From the IMG/VR virus record IMGVR_UViG_2778261161_000002: 64,000 nt of DNA, one strand, 5' to 3'. This DNA is from a virus. Lineage: Duplodnaviria > Heunggongvirae > Uroviricota > Caudoviricetes. Shown piece after piece: positions 29,525 through 38,997 of the stretch; position 1 is the stretch's first letter; each line of letters opens with the position of its first letter. Below the pieces are notes generated by a model. That model was given only the letters and a program-made list of their open reading frames with translations. It made no database searches and had not been told where the DNA came from. The position numbers were made by a program, and so were the translations under genes.

Positions 29525-30562
29525 TTACCAGAGCTTCGCGGCGTACTGCGTTTGGGGGAATGTGTATCCGTAACGTTCTTCGATTGCTTTGCCGTATTTT
29601 TTACGAGCTTCATTCAGTTTAATGCCGGTCAGGTCGTCTCCAGAGGCCATCATTACGTCTAACAATTCCAGATCCATTTTATCCAGCCTTGCCATTGCTT
29701 CACGTGATGTACGTATCTTACGTTCAATGATATGGCGAATAGCCGGATCGGCATCCTCCAGCATCTTAGCGGATTTCTGCTTAAGGCTTTCATTGCGAAT
29801 ATCGATGTTCCTTAAGATGTACGACTTCGCAACGTAGCTTGGCTGGTGTTTTTCCAGGTCACGAACACGATATAAGTTAAAATCGCCGAGAAGGCTGCAA
29901 GGTACCGATTCGACGCCAGAATAAATTGTAATGCTCCGGCGTTCACCAACATTATTGACAACGGGGATCGTTGTCTTCGGTAGTCTTGCGAAAACCAATG
30001 CGCCATGTGCGCCAACTCTAAAGCGAGAAAGGGCATTGCTGCCTTCGATGTTTGTTGTCAGCACAACATCTGTATATGCCTCTTTACGCGCCCGGTAGAT
30101 CTCGCCTTCAGGCTCAGCTTCAAAGAAGCGCTGTTCTTCTTCAAGAGCACCTACGATTTGAGAAAAAACCCTATTTTTCAGGCTTTTCTTTATGATTTTG
30201 TCGTATTTTTTTAGCAATTGTTCACGTGTAAATGTACGTGTTGTTGTAGCGCTTTGCACAACGACATGCGTGCTTTGATTGGTGTCCTCAATGATGAATG
30301 GGATCGGAGAATATACAGACTCAACAATGTTCGACGCTTTGCCGTCGGCATCGCGGCACATGTCAACGAAGGCTTTCCATTCAGCAAGACATTTTTCAGC
30401 TTCTTCTAATATGTTTTGGTCATGCGTTAATGCAACATGGCGGAATTCCTCGCCAGCATAACTGGTATCATGGAAAACAGAGTTTGCGACCACCAGCTCT
30501 TTCCACCGTTCAGCGGTTTGCAGGAACCGTTTGTACTCTTTCTCGATCGACTTCTTACTCAT
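29525..30562 (-). CDS. hypothetical protein at immunity-region position
   Basis: 345 aa, transcribed from the rox side toward pacB; operator-like motif at its 5-prime end; no recognisable domain. Confidence 0.45.
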   Translation of the reverse strand: MSKKSIEKEYKRFLQTAERWKELVVANSVFHDTSYAGEEFRHVALTHDQNILEEAEKCLAEWKAFVDMCRDADGKASNIVESVYSPIPFIIEDTNQSTHVVVQSATTTRTFTREQLLKKYDKIIKKSLKNRVFSQIVGALEEEQRFFEAEPEGEIYRARKEAYTDVVLTTNIEGSNALSRFRVGAHGALVFARLPKTTIPVVNNVGERRSITIYSGVESVPCSLLGDFNLYRVRDLEKHQPSYVAKSYILRNIDIRNESLKQKSAKMLEDADPAIRHIIERKIRTSREAMARLDKMDLELLDVMMASGDDLTGIKLNEARKKYGKAIEERYGYTFPQTQYAAKLW

Positions 30563-30577
30563 TATTCCTACTCGATT

Positions 30578-30598
30578 TAGTTTTCTAACATAAAATTA
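30578..30598. promoter_or_regulatory. TTTTCTAACATAAAAT motif (operator-like site I)
   Basis: reads TGTTAGAAAACTAA on the minus strand about 20 nt before the 29525..30562 start; TTTTAGAAAA at 30664. Confidence 0.4.
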
Positions 30599-30771
30599 CT
30601 ATGACAAATTTATGTCGAATAACAGAGTGAGTAAAGGATCGAACTGTGATTTTTTGTCATCAATTTTAGAAAACCAACCGTAGAAACCACACTTCGCAAA
30701 TTAAAGACCATGAAGGCAACGTGTTACTGGTCATCATCAATCTATGATGGATTTAAAAAAATCGGCATTTT

Positions 30772-30805
30772 ATAACTTTAAATAATTGGCATTATTTAAA
30801 GTTAG
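30772..30805. other. rox-type recombination target site
   Basis: TAACTTTAAATAAT-TGGC-ATTATTTAAAGTTA; arms and (reverse-complemented) spacer match the rox site of phage D6 as recalled. Confidence 0.8.
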
Positions 30806-30956
30806 GCTATAATCATGTGTAGATGAACAGTGTTGACATCACTGAAAATACGTGCCTCGAATCAAAGGCTTGTATTTTGAAAATTAACTTATAGCTACCC
30901 TGTCATTTTTATATTTTTCGCGTAGCGTCATCTGTATATAGAGGTGTAATAGTTTC

Positions 30957-31985
30957 ATGAGTGAATTAATTATCTCTGGCAGTTCCGGTGGTTTTCTGCG
31001 CAACATTGGCAAAGAGTACCAGGAAGCCGCAGAAAACTTTATGCGGTTCATGAATGACCAGGGGGCTTATGCGCCGAATACTCTGCGCGACCTCCGGTTG
31101 GTGTTTCATTCCTGGGCGCGCTGGTGTCACGCTCGCCAGCTTGCCTGGTTTCCGATCTCACCAGAAATGGCCCGCGAGTATTTTCTTCAGCTGCATGATG
31201 CCGATCTGGCTTCGACCACCATTGATAAGCACTACGCCATGCTGAACATGCTGCTTTCGCATTGTGGCCTTCCGCCACTTTCGGATGATAAAAGTGTTTC
31301 TCTGGCTATGCGGCGCATCCGGCGCGAAGCGGCAACTGAAAAAGGCGAACGAACAGGCCAGGCTATACCGCTTCGGTGGGACGATCTGAAACTGCTCGAC
31401 GTCCTGTTGTCCAGGTCAGAACGGCTGGTGGACCTGCGCAACCTGGCTTTTCTCTTTGTTGCATACAATACGCTGATGCGTATGTCGGAAATATCGCGTA
31501 TTCGTGTAGGTGATCTGGACCAAACAGGTGACACTGTCACGCTACATATTTCACACACGAAGACAATAACGACCGCCGCCGGGCTTGATAAGGTGCTTTC
31601 CCGTCGCACTACCGCTGTGCTGAATGACTGGCTGGATGTTTCCGGGCTTCGCGAGCATCCTGACGCTGTGCTGTTCCCGCCGATACACCGTAGCAATAAG
31701 GCCAGGATCACGATAACGCCCCTTACTGCACCTGCAATGGAGAAAATATTCAGCGACGCCTGGGTGTTGCTGAATAAAAGAGATGCTACGCCAAACAAAG
31801 GAAGATACCGGACGTGGACCGGGCATAGTGCACGCGTCGGGGCCGCTATTGATATGGCTGAAAAGCAGGTGTCTATGGTGGAGATCATGCAGGAAGGAAC
31901 CTGGAAGAAACCGGAAACACTTATGCGGTATCTTCGCCGTGGCGGCGTGTCTGTGGGGGCTAATAGCCGCCTGATGGATTTGTAA
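30957..31985 (+). CDS. dre: Cre-family tyrosine recombinase (Dre-like)
   Basis: 342 aa; colinear with P1 Cre (WFP..PE, NLAFL..AYNTL.R..EI.RIRV.D, HSARVGAA.DMA); rox site 150 bp upstream. Confidence 0.9.
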   Translation: MSELIISGSSGGFLRNIGKEYQEAAENFMRFMNDQGAYAPNTLRDLRLVFHSWARWCHARQLAWFPISPEMAREYFLQLHDADLASTTIDKHYAMLNMLLSHCGLPPLSDDKSVSLAMRRIRREAATEKGERTGQAIPLRWDDLKLLDVLLSRSERLVDLRNLAFLFVAYNTLMRMSEISRIRVGDLDQTGDTVTLHISHTKTITTAAGLDKVLSRRTTAVLNDWLDVSGLREHPDAVLFPPIHRSNKARITITPLTAPAMEKIFSDAWVLLNKRDATPNKGRYRTWTGHSARVGAAIDMAEKQVSMVEIMQEGTWKKPETLMRYLRRGGVSVGANSRLMDL

Positions 31986-31989
31986 ATTA

Positions 31990-32020
31990 AATTTCTAACA
32001 CATCTTTTTAGATTAACATC
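31990..32020. promoter_or_regulatory. TTTCTAACA ... TTAACAT motif (operator-like site J)
   Basis: motif family member before the 32059..35983 operon. Confidence 0.4.
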
Positions 32021-32058
32021 TTTGCTGTAAAGTACCCTCGCCTATTTAGGAGGGTGCT

Positions 32059-32403
32059 TTGCAGAGTCAAATCACGGAATCAAGACGCTTCAAGGTGGAT
32101 GGTTACACCGTAACCTTCGCCGCTGGTGTTAAGAACAGTCATGCTGTCGTTGTGTTCGGCATCATGACCGGGCTTGAGGCCGTCCCTGTGTTTACCCTCG
32201 AAAAAAACTGGCGAAATCTGGAGGAAGCAGAAAGCTACGTCCGGAAAGTAACCATCATTGCCGCCGAAAAACTCCTGGCCCACTATCAGGAAAATTATCG
32301 CACTATGGTCGAGAAGATTAATCTCGCTTTCACTCGCCCCACTACCGGCTTTATTGCACCGGATACTAATGCAGGTCGATATCCTGCAAGGGGGCGTCGG
32401 TGA
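32059..32403 (+). CDS. hypothetical protein
   Basis: 114 aa ORF, first gene of operon. Confidence 0.45.
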   Translation: MQSQITESRRFKVDGYTVTFAAGVKNSHAVVVFGIMTGLEAVPVFTLEKNWRNLEEAESYVRKVTIIAAEKLLAHYQENYRTMVEKINLAFTRPTTGFIAPDTNAGRYPARGRR

Positions 32404-32876
32404 AAACTTATTACCCATCTCTGAATTGTTACCCGTCTTCCTATCCAGAATTATCCGGGAAGCTGTTAGCTCTATTAGCTAAAGCACCTACGGAATGGTT
32501 TAAGCCAGTCGTTATCAATCCACACTTCCTGGATTACGGAACTGTTCGCACTCGTAACGAACTCAAAAACCTACTGGCGCATGGATTCATTCGACACCGT
32601 GCCGGGAAAGGCTATCAGTTAGCGATTGCGCCAGAAGAGGCCGTGCGGCTATTCGCATATCGTGACAGCCAGACAAAAGCTCGGGTAATAGCTCAAATAC
32701 TTCATAACGGCAGCACCTATGCCCGCCAGTTTGGCGGCGACACGTCGCAGTTCTTGCGGGCGGTGCGATCGCTGGAGGAGCAAGGAGTTATTGAAAGTTC
32801 CTGTCTTCCTGTTCCTACCGTTCCACATATCAAACGTCGGGTTTACACCTTCACGCAGAGAGCTAAAAAACAATGA
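32400..32876 (+). CDS. hypothetical protein, possible winged-helix
   Basis: 158 aa; overlapping start/stop. Confidence 0.4.
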   Translation: MKTYYPSLNCYPSSYPELSGKLLALLAKAPTEWFKPVVINPHFLDYGTVRTRNELKNLLAHGFIRHRAGKGYQLAIAPEEAVRLFAYRDSQTKARVIAQILHNGSTYARQFGGDTSQFLRAVRSLEEQGVIESSCLPVPTVPHIKRRVYTFTQRAKKQ

Positions 32877-33367
32877 TTTACGTAAAAGTGAAACGCCTAC
32901 ATCCGGCAGCAAAACTTCCAGCTTATGCCACCTCCGGATCGGCGGCGATGGATTTTGAGGCTGTTGAAATAAAACCATGCGTCGATAGCAATGGTGCAAT
33001 TTCCTCAAGCTGGTGGGTGTACACCGGACTGGCTATGGAGATCCCGCCCGGCTGGTGTCTGAAACTCTATCCGCGCTCCGGATTGGGCTGCAAAAAACAT
33101 ACTCGCCTGGCTAACTGCGTAGGAATTATCGACTCCGATTATCGCGGTGAAATCATGGCAAAACTGATTACTGATCCCGGCGGGGAAGGCGTTTGTCTCA
33201 AGCCTGGAATGGCTGTCATGCAAGGCATTTTTGAGCGTGTTGAACAAGTCTCACTAGTCGAGGTTGAGGAACTCAACGAAACGGAACGTGGTGCTGGTGG
33301 CTTTGGTAGCACATCGGAAGACCACTTTGAAATCAAGCGCACACCGCTTCAGTACGCAAAGTTTTAA
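32873..33367 (+). CDS. dut: dUTPase
   Basis: 164 aa; GIIDSDYRGE and other dUTPase motifs. Confidence 0.8.
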   Translation: MIYVKVKRLHPAAKLPAYATSGSAAMDFEAVEIKPCVDSNGAISSSWWVYTGLAMEIPPGWCLKLYPRSGLGCKKHTRLANCVGIIDSDYRGEIMAKLITDPGGEGVCLKPGMAVMQGIFERVEQVSLVEVEELNETERGAGGFGSTSEDHFEIKRTPLQYAKF

Positions 33368-33381
33368 GCAGAGGAAAGGCT

Positions 33382-34083
33382 ATGAATTACATGACAACGA
33401 AAGAGCTTTTTAAGTTCCTTCCCAAATACAAAGCTCACAAAAACGTTAGTGCATCGAAAATCAAAAATGTTGTTATTTTCGGAGTAACTGCTTCCCCACT
33501 TTGGGGCTGCATCGAACTCGTTGAACCAAAAGGGGCAACAGTTTGTGTTGACGCAATTTTTTTACAAAAACACCGACCAAAAACTGGCGGGTATCTGATC
33601 GTTTATGAAAACGGTTATCTGTTCTATGCCCCGGAGAAACCATTTGAGCAATGCTATGGCCTGGTTAACGACGCCTCCGAAAATGGGGTATCGCTCAGCA
33701 TTGAAGGTCACAATGGGGTGACATTCATTACAGCCAGGGACGTAACTATTTCTGCTGGCGGTATCGCTACTCTACAAGAAGAAATCGACCTTGAAGCAGC
33801 CGACTTTTCTGACGCGCTGATGTGGCTGAAGGATGGCAAGAAAGTTGCTCGACGCGGGTGGAACGGCGAAAACCAATTCTGCTGGCTGGTTCCTGACAAA
33901 CAGGGTGCTTCAAGACTAACCCCTATAAAACATGCCGCAAACGGAGAGCTTGAAATCAATTTCGACTCTCCTCTTGCTCCTTATGGTGCGCATTTCGTTT
34001 TGAAAAATGCACAAGGTGTAGTTGTTCCATGGATGCCTTCTGTAGGTGACCTGCTGGCATGTGACTGGTTTGTAGTGGAGTGA
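33382..34083 (+). CDS. protein with C-terminal DUF2829 (Tad2-like) domain
   Basis: 233 aa; FSDALMWLKDGKKVARRGWNG ... VVPWMPSVGDLLACDWFVVE fits DUF2829 as recalled. Confidence 0.55.
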   Translation: MNYMTTKELFKFLPKYKAHKNVSASKIKNVVIFGVTASPLWGCIELVEPKGATVCVDAIFLQKHRPKTGGYLIVYENGYLFYAPEKPFEQCYGLVNDASENGVSLSIEGHNGVTFITARDVTISAGGIATLQEEIDLEAADFSDALMWLKDGKKVARRGWNGENQFCWLVPDKQGASRLTPIKHAANGELEINFDSPLAPYGAHFVLKNAQGVVVPWMPSVGDLLACDWFVVE

Positions 34084-34089
34084 TTTAAC

Positions 34090-34896
34090 GTGGAAAATAC
34101 TAAAGCAATTCAATACCGCTTGCGTAATGGCCTGCTGGTGGCTGTTAACGCCGACATGTCACTGCCGTTTGACACGATTGAACGCACCATAATGACGTAT
34201 CTCGGCTTTAATGAAGAACTGAATGAAGAGCATGGCGTAGCTATATGGAGTGATGCAGACAGCGGCGTTCGTCGTTACATCACCGCCAGGGGCAAAGACT
34301 ACTCTCTGGAAGAACTGTTTGCCCTTGCGCAGTCTTTCGAATGTGTAGCATTAGACCTGTTTAATGATCCTGCTATAGCGCAACGACTTATACGCGAGCT
34401 TGGGCTATCCGTTACACCAATTATCTTTAAAAATGGCAGCCTGACTGGCACATGGCGCGTAGAACGCATATCAAACTACCTTCCATATAACCGACAGTTA
34501 AATGGAGTAATCTCCGGCGTTAATCAGCCCGTAGCATGTGAAAATGTAAACCTGGTTGTCGCTGTTTTGGCAACCGCATGTCGTGTTATCGGTTTGGCTA
34601 AACAGGCATTTATTCATTTCCCAAATGGTGCAGAAGGTAGCGCAGAGATTATCGCGTGTGATTTCGAATTTACCTGGATGCTACGCGAATATCTGGACCA
34701 AACAGTATTCCGTGCCGAAGAACTGGATATGTATATCACGTCAACGATTCCAGACGATGTGCGAGCTGAAGCAATCGCTACAGCCAGGGCGAAATGCCGT
34801 GCGGCGATTGCAGAACAGGCCAAAGAAGAACAGTCCGATGAAGTCGCGGCAGATGTGGAGGCAGAGGTAGCGGAGGATGCTGATGCTGACGCCTAA
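34090..34896 (+). CDS. hypothetical protein with acidic C-terminal tail
   Basis: 268 aa; C-terminus EEQSDEVAADVEAEVAEDADADA; overlaps downstream terminase-like gene. Confidence 0.45.
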   Translation: MENTKAIQYRLRNGLLVAVNADMSLPFDTIERTIMTYLGFNEELNEEHGVAIWSDADSGVRRYITARGKDYSLEELFALAQSFECVALDLFNDPAIAQRLIRELGLSVTPIIFKNGSLTGTWRVERISNYLPYNRQLNGVISGVNQPVACENVNLVVAVLATACRVIGLAKQAFIHFPNGAEGSAEIIACDFEFTWMLREYLDQTVFRAEELDMYITSTIPDDVRAEAIATARAKCRAAIAEQAKEEQSDEVAADVEAEVAEDADADA

Positions 34897-35983
34897 AAAC
34901 ATCACCGAATTACCAGAGTGGAGAGAGCTGGTAAGCAAATATAGCCATGACTGGGCATTAGCAGCAGAAGAGTTGATGGGTGTTAAGTTAACCCACCAGC
35001 AAAAGCTAATTGTTGAGGCGATTCAACAAAAAGGTTCAGCAGTCAGCGTCACCACTCCTGAAGGGATAGGCCAAAAGACGGTTATCGCTATAATTAGTAT
35101 TCTTTATACAATCCTGATGCCTGAGTCTAAAACGGTTATTGTTTCCCCAAAGTTCTATAATTGTCGCAGGCAAGTTATCCAATACATAAGTACGTATTGG
35201 GATAGAGTCAGTAACAGAATCCCATTGCTGGGAGAATATTTTAAAGTCGATGGAAACGGCATCAATCATCGTTACCGGGAATATTGGGGCTGCGAAATTA
35301 AGCCATATCACCGAAATTATGAGGAAGGTTTCGGTGGATATTATGCTGAACATCTTTTAATCATTGTTACGGAGGCGGCTCTTGCTGGCGATCGGCTATT
35401 CAGCATGTTAAGAGCATCGTTAGTAAGTGACGATTCACGTATACTTTTAATGTCCGCTCCTTCAGAGGAGGAGCATGGACACTTTTACGATTCCCATCAT
35501 GGTCGTGCTAAATCAGAAGAAAATCCATGTGGTATTTATACAGCCATCAAGCTGAACGCAGAAGATACCCCCATTATTTCTCAAGGTTATCTTGATAACA
35601 TTGCAGAAATATATGGTGGTAAAAACAGCGATTACTACCGTCGTATGATTCTTGGTGAGTTTCCTGGTATTAGGGAGGCTGTTCTTGAATCAGATATGCC
35701 GAAGACAATGCGCTTTTCGATGCCTGATGGTAGTGAATGGATAATGCCATTACGAGTGATAGCCCGGCATCATGCACAGCACCACGCCAAAAAACATGGC
35801 GTTACAACATTGGAGTGGTTGAAATCGCACACCATTCCACTCTTCACTGCAGATCACAATGCTATCGTTGAGTGGGCAAAAACAATTCCGTGGGAGAATG
35901 TTGCTGAATACGCCCACATGCTAAAACCGCCGAAAGACAGGCAAGAAATTAGCTGGCTGACAGCAGAAAAAATCATTGAGTGA
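34877..35983 (+). CDS. terminase large-subunit ATPase-domain paralogue lacking the nuclease domain
   Basis: 368 aa; aligns with PacB ATPase region (GIGQKT vs GTGKSS; shared FYDSHH); Walker B reads LLIIVTEA (D to T); C-terminal 100 aa unrelated to PacB nuclease. Confidence 0.6.
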   Translation: MLMLTPKNITELPEWRELVSKYSHDWALAAEELMGVKLTHQQKLIVEAIQQKGSAVSVTTPEGIGQKTVIAIISILYTILMPESKTVIVSPKFYNCRRQVIQYISTYWDRVSNRIPLLGEYFKVDGNGINHRYREYWGCEIKPYHRNYEEGFGGYYAEHLLIIVTEAALAGDRLFSMLRASLVSDDSRILLMSAPSEEEHGHFYDSHHGRAKSEENPCGIYTAIKLNAEDTPIISQGYLDNIAEIYGGKNSDYYRRMILGEFPGIREAVLESDMPKTMRFSMPDGSEWIMPLRVIARHHAQHHAKKHGVTTLEWLKSHTIPLFTADHNAIVEWAKTIPWENVAEYAHMLKPPKDRQEISWLTAEKIIE

Positions 35984-36018
35984 TAGTAGGAAGCCCGCCT
36001 GGTTGAGCGGGCTTCTTT

Positions 36019-36399
36019 TCAAATATTGGAACCATATAGTTCACGTAGTTTTTCCGCTACTGAAGATACGGGGATTTCACCAGTTGCAGCCCCCACCGCA
36101 AGTTCCACCAGCACGGGAGAATCATATACCTGTATACCGTTACGGCGTAGAAATAGCAGCGCACTGTTTAGCGCGGTACGCTTATTGGCATCATTGAATA
36201 TATGCCCTCTCGCAGTAGCCACCAGGTAGGTTGCGGAGACTTCGAAAAGGTCGGTGATCTCTTCGTAGGCAACTCTGGCCTGAACTCTCCCGATAATGGC
36301 CTCTGCCCTACCCGGATCTGACATTCCCGGCAGGCCGCCGTAGCGGCTTATATTCGCATCATGAAGCGCAATAAGTTCTTCCGGTGATATATGCCTCAT
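36019..36399 (-). CDS. doc: Doc toxin (Fic-fold kinase)
   Basis: 126 aa nearly identical to P1 Doc as recalled. Confidence 0.9.
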
Positions 36400-36620
36400 T
36401 ATCGGTTAACCAGTTCCTTGTTGGTGGAGTCCAGGGTGTCAAACAGGGATGCAAATTCAGCATCCAGCGCCGCCTTTTTGTAGGCTTCGAAAGTAGCCTT
36501 GCTGACAATTACTGCTGGTTCACGGCCTCTGCGGGTGATTTCAACCTCTTCCCCGGCTTCAACATTGTTGAGCAATTCAGAAAGGTTGCCGCGCGCGGTA
36601 CGGAAGTTAATGGACTGCAT
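36399..36620 (-). CDS. phd: Phd antitoxin
   Basis: [15 protein letters not shown]... matches P1 Phd; overlaps doc. Confidence 0.9.
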
Positions 36621-36628
36621 AAACACCT

Positions 36629-36650
36629 CGTGTACTCGTTATGTGTACAC
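36629..36650. promoter_or_regulatory. phd-doc operator-like palindromes
   Basis: GTGTAC-N7-GTGTACAC directly upstream of phd. Confidence 0.45.
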
Positions 36651-36692
36651 AATCATAAACTTCACAGGCATAAAGCACCAGCACTTTGCAGC

Positions 36693-37082
36693 TTAAATGA
36701 CCGGACAATCATCAAACTCCCCACTTCGGGCATCATTGATGACATGAGTGATCACACCAAAAACAGCATTACTACCCGTGTAACCATCGTCATCTACTGG
36801 TAACGCCTCTTTCTTCCCGGTGCTTAAATCCTCCAGGTGCTGGCGCGGATACTTTCGGTATCTCTTTATGCGATATTCACCCTCCATAGCGCACACAAGC
36901 AGCGAACCATCAACTGGAGTAAGCGAAGAATCAACCACCAGCAAAGCACCCTGCAATATTCCCTCACGGTGATGGCTGTCTGCCGCCCGCATGAAGTATG
37001 TCGCTGATGGATGCCTGATTAGTTGCTGATCAAGAGAAATTCTGCTTTCAACATAGTCCGCCGCAGGAGAAGGGAAGCCCAT
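36693..37082 (-). CDS. humD: UmuD-like S24 peptidase (HumD)
   Basis: 129 aa LexA/UmuD-type fold; LexA box upstream. Confidence 0.75.
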   Translation of the reverse strand: MGFPSPAADYVESRISLDQQLIRHPSATYFMRAADSHHREGILQGALLVVDSSLTPVDGSLLVCAMEGEYRIKRYRKYPRQHLEDLSTGKKEALPVDDDGYTGSNAVFGVITHVINDARSGEFDDCPVI

Positions 37083-37102
37083 AGCGTTTTCACCTCAATA
37101 AT

Positions 37103-37122
37103 ACTGTTCATTTATACAGTAT
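37103..37122. promoter_or_regulatory. LexA (SOS) box
   Basis: TACTGTTCATTTATACAGTA = CTGT-N8-ACAG consensus. Confidence 0.75.
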
Positions 37123-37169
37123 ACATTAAAGAGACACCTTTGGTGCAAACGCGTTATCGCCGGTCATCA

Positions 37170-37454
37170 TTAACTCCTACATTCAGGGCAAGAGTTCCCT
37201 TCCGCAAAATAGGGGAAACTGCTATCAAGCTCATCACACCATCTGCGATGGTCGTAGCACCAAAACGCCTCCCACGGTGCACGGAAATACTTCATCCACC
37301 AGGACACTCGATCAGGTATATCTGCTGGTGGCAGCTCTTCTGGCAATAATTTGCCTGATAATTCCCTTTCCGCCCGCGCCAGCATTCCTTTTAGACTCGC
37401 ATTCTCTTTTTCAAGAATCTCTATGCGCGCCTGTAACTCAGCTTTCGTTGGCAT
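37170..37454 (-). CDS. hypothetical protein with coiled coil and Cys-rich C-terminus
   Basis: start set to internal Met to avoid long overlap with upstream gene. Confidence 0.35.
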   Translation of the reverse strand: MPTKAELQARIEILEKENASLKGMLARAERELSGKLLPEELPPADIPDRVSWWMKYFRAPWEAFWCYDHRRWCDELDSSFPYFAEGNSCPECRS

Positions 37455-38205
37455 GGTCCGCCTCATGTTTATCAGCCACCAGCGGCAATAAAGCCTTCGC
37501 CATTTCATGAACCAACATGGCATCAATGACGCCTAGCGTATGGCCCGGCTTAATCTTTAATGCGGCCTCAAGATAGCCTCTTTCCAGAGTGGTTTTTACG
37601 CTTTTCCTGGGCGCTTGTTGGGAACTATCCGGAAAATCCGGATGGTTCCCAGCCTCATAAGCTACCCGCAACCAGTGCATGAATGTTTCCGCAGACACAC
37701 AACCGCAGTCCACATCGATTTTCCCGCGTTGCTGTTCCAGCCATTGCTCAAAATCTAACTTGTAAGCCTTACTTTCAGACTTAACTTTCTGAGACGCTAT
37801 GCGAGCTGCTTCATACTGTTCACGAGTGACAACCGATGTAAACGCACTGCGATCAAGGTCACTGATATCGCAAATAATGCCATCAATGGAATAATTCTTT
37901 GATGATTGGTAATTTTTATGGCGCGTACCAAAAAGAACCGTAGCGCGACTACTACCTGGCATCGTAATGGATAGATGGCAAAAATCTTTTCCATCAGGCC
38001 ATCCACGCCCCTTAGATAATTCCTTCACTAACAAGTCAATCAGTGTCATAGCTTTACCATCCTTGCAAGGCGCTAAAGCTATTTTGGCAAGCTCCAATAC
38101 TTCATCTGCTGTGTATCCAGCACCGTGACCATACATTTCGATACGGGAAATAATATCTGAAATACGCTCTTTAGTGATTCTTGTCATAGTTTTATTTCCT
38201 TGCAT
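37438..38205 (-). CDS. hypothetical protein
   Basis: 255 aa; N-terminal about 40 aa paralogous to the N-terminus of 39254..40174. Confidence 0.45.
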   Translation of the reverse strand: MQGNKTMTRITKERISDIISRIEMYGHGAGYTADEVLELAKIALAPCKDGKAMTLIDLLVKELSKGRGWPDGKDFCHLSITMPGSSRATVLFGTRHKNYQSSKNYSIDGIICDISDLDRSAFTSVVTREQYEAARIASQKVKSESKAYKLDFEQWLEQQRGKIDVDCGCVSAETFMHWLRVAYEAGNHPDFPDSSQQAPRKSVKTTLERGYLEAALKIKPGHTLGVIDAMLVHEMAKALLPLVADKHEADHANES

Positions 38206-38393
38206 GGTTCGCCTTTACGGCAAACAGCTACACGGTCATTTCTTACATTAACCACAGTCACCGTTCCGTCATCGCATTGAATAACGATGAAAGGGTGTTC
38301 ATTCTCTTTTGTGCAATGTTGCTGTTCCCCTGCTGTAACAGTGAGGGGAATTAATAAAATAATAATTACTGCGAATTTACTAAATGTTGCCAT
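38184..38393 (-). CDS. small secreted protein
   Basis: 69 aa; signal-peptide-like N-terminus, four Cys. Confidence 0.35.
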   Translation of the reverse strand: MATFSKFAVIIILLIPLTVTAGEQQHCTKENEHPFIVIQCDDGTVTVVNVRNDRVAVCRKGEPCKEIKL

Positions 38394-38417
38394 AGCAATC
38401 TTTCTTTCTGTTTTTCA

Positions 38418-38711
38418 TTATGGTTGAATCCAGTTATCTTCAATAGCAATGCTCAATCTTTGTAACCATTCTGCTAATTTCAGCATTGCTTCTCTTTCGC
38501 TTAAACCACGAGGAAAATCATCAAGCGATATTGTTGGCTTGAAGTTTCCCAAATTATCCATTTCAACGGTCAGATTTTGCTCCAGCACGGTATTCCTTAC
38601 GCGGCTATTGTGCCGAAGCAAATATACTGAACGTGATTTATTGGTTTTGTGGTCGAACGTATATTCGGTAAGTATCATCTGGCTTCCGCCATGATTATTA
38701 CCGCGCCACAT
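38418..38711 (-). CDS. hypothetical protein
   Basis: 97 aa ORF. Confidence 0.35.
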   Translation of the reverse strand: MWRGNNHGGSQMILTEYTFDHKTNKSRSVYLLRHNSRVRNTVLEQNLTVEMDNLGNFKPTISLDDFPRGLSEREAMLKLAEWLQRLSIAIEDNWIQP

Positions 38712-38997
38712 AATTACTCCGTGTTAATTTTACCTTTATCGCGAACACCTTTACCGGTTTATCGCCGAAGTGCGGGTGTGTGATTATCTTGATTTCATAG
38801 CCGTCATACGGAACATCAATTCTGCGGCTGGAATCGTCGCGCTTCGGATATCCCTTTGTGATAATCAGGCGGTCATACTTACGGTTAACGAGGCGCTTAT
38901 TCCAGTAGTCATTACACAGGCGATACTCTTCCGTTTTCTCCCCGCGAATCATGGCATCGAAGTATTCACCTTTAACGGCAAGTTGCAGGTTAGCCAT
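38698..38997 (-). CDS. ASCH-like (DUF3850-type) small protein
   Basis: LQLAVKGEYFDAMIRGEKTEEYR resembles ASCH-domain N-terminus. Confidence 0.4.
   Translation of the reverse strand: MANLQLAVKGEYFDAMIRGEKTEEYRLCNDYWNKRLVNRKYDRLIITKGYPKRDDSSRRIDVPYDGYEIKIITHPHFGDKPVKVFAIKVKLTRSNYVAR

Noticed and set aside
31232-31888. 218-aa minus-strand ORF antisense to dre
   Set aside because: Embedded in the Cre-family recombinase gene; Ser/Arg-rich low-complexity translation.
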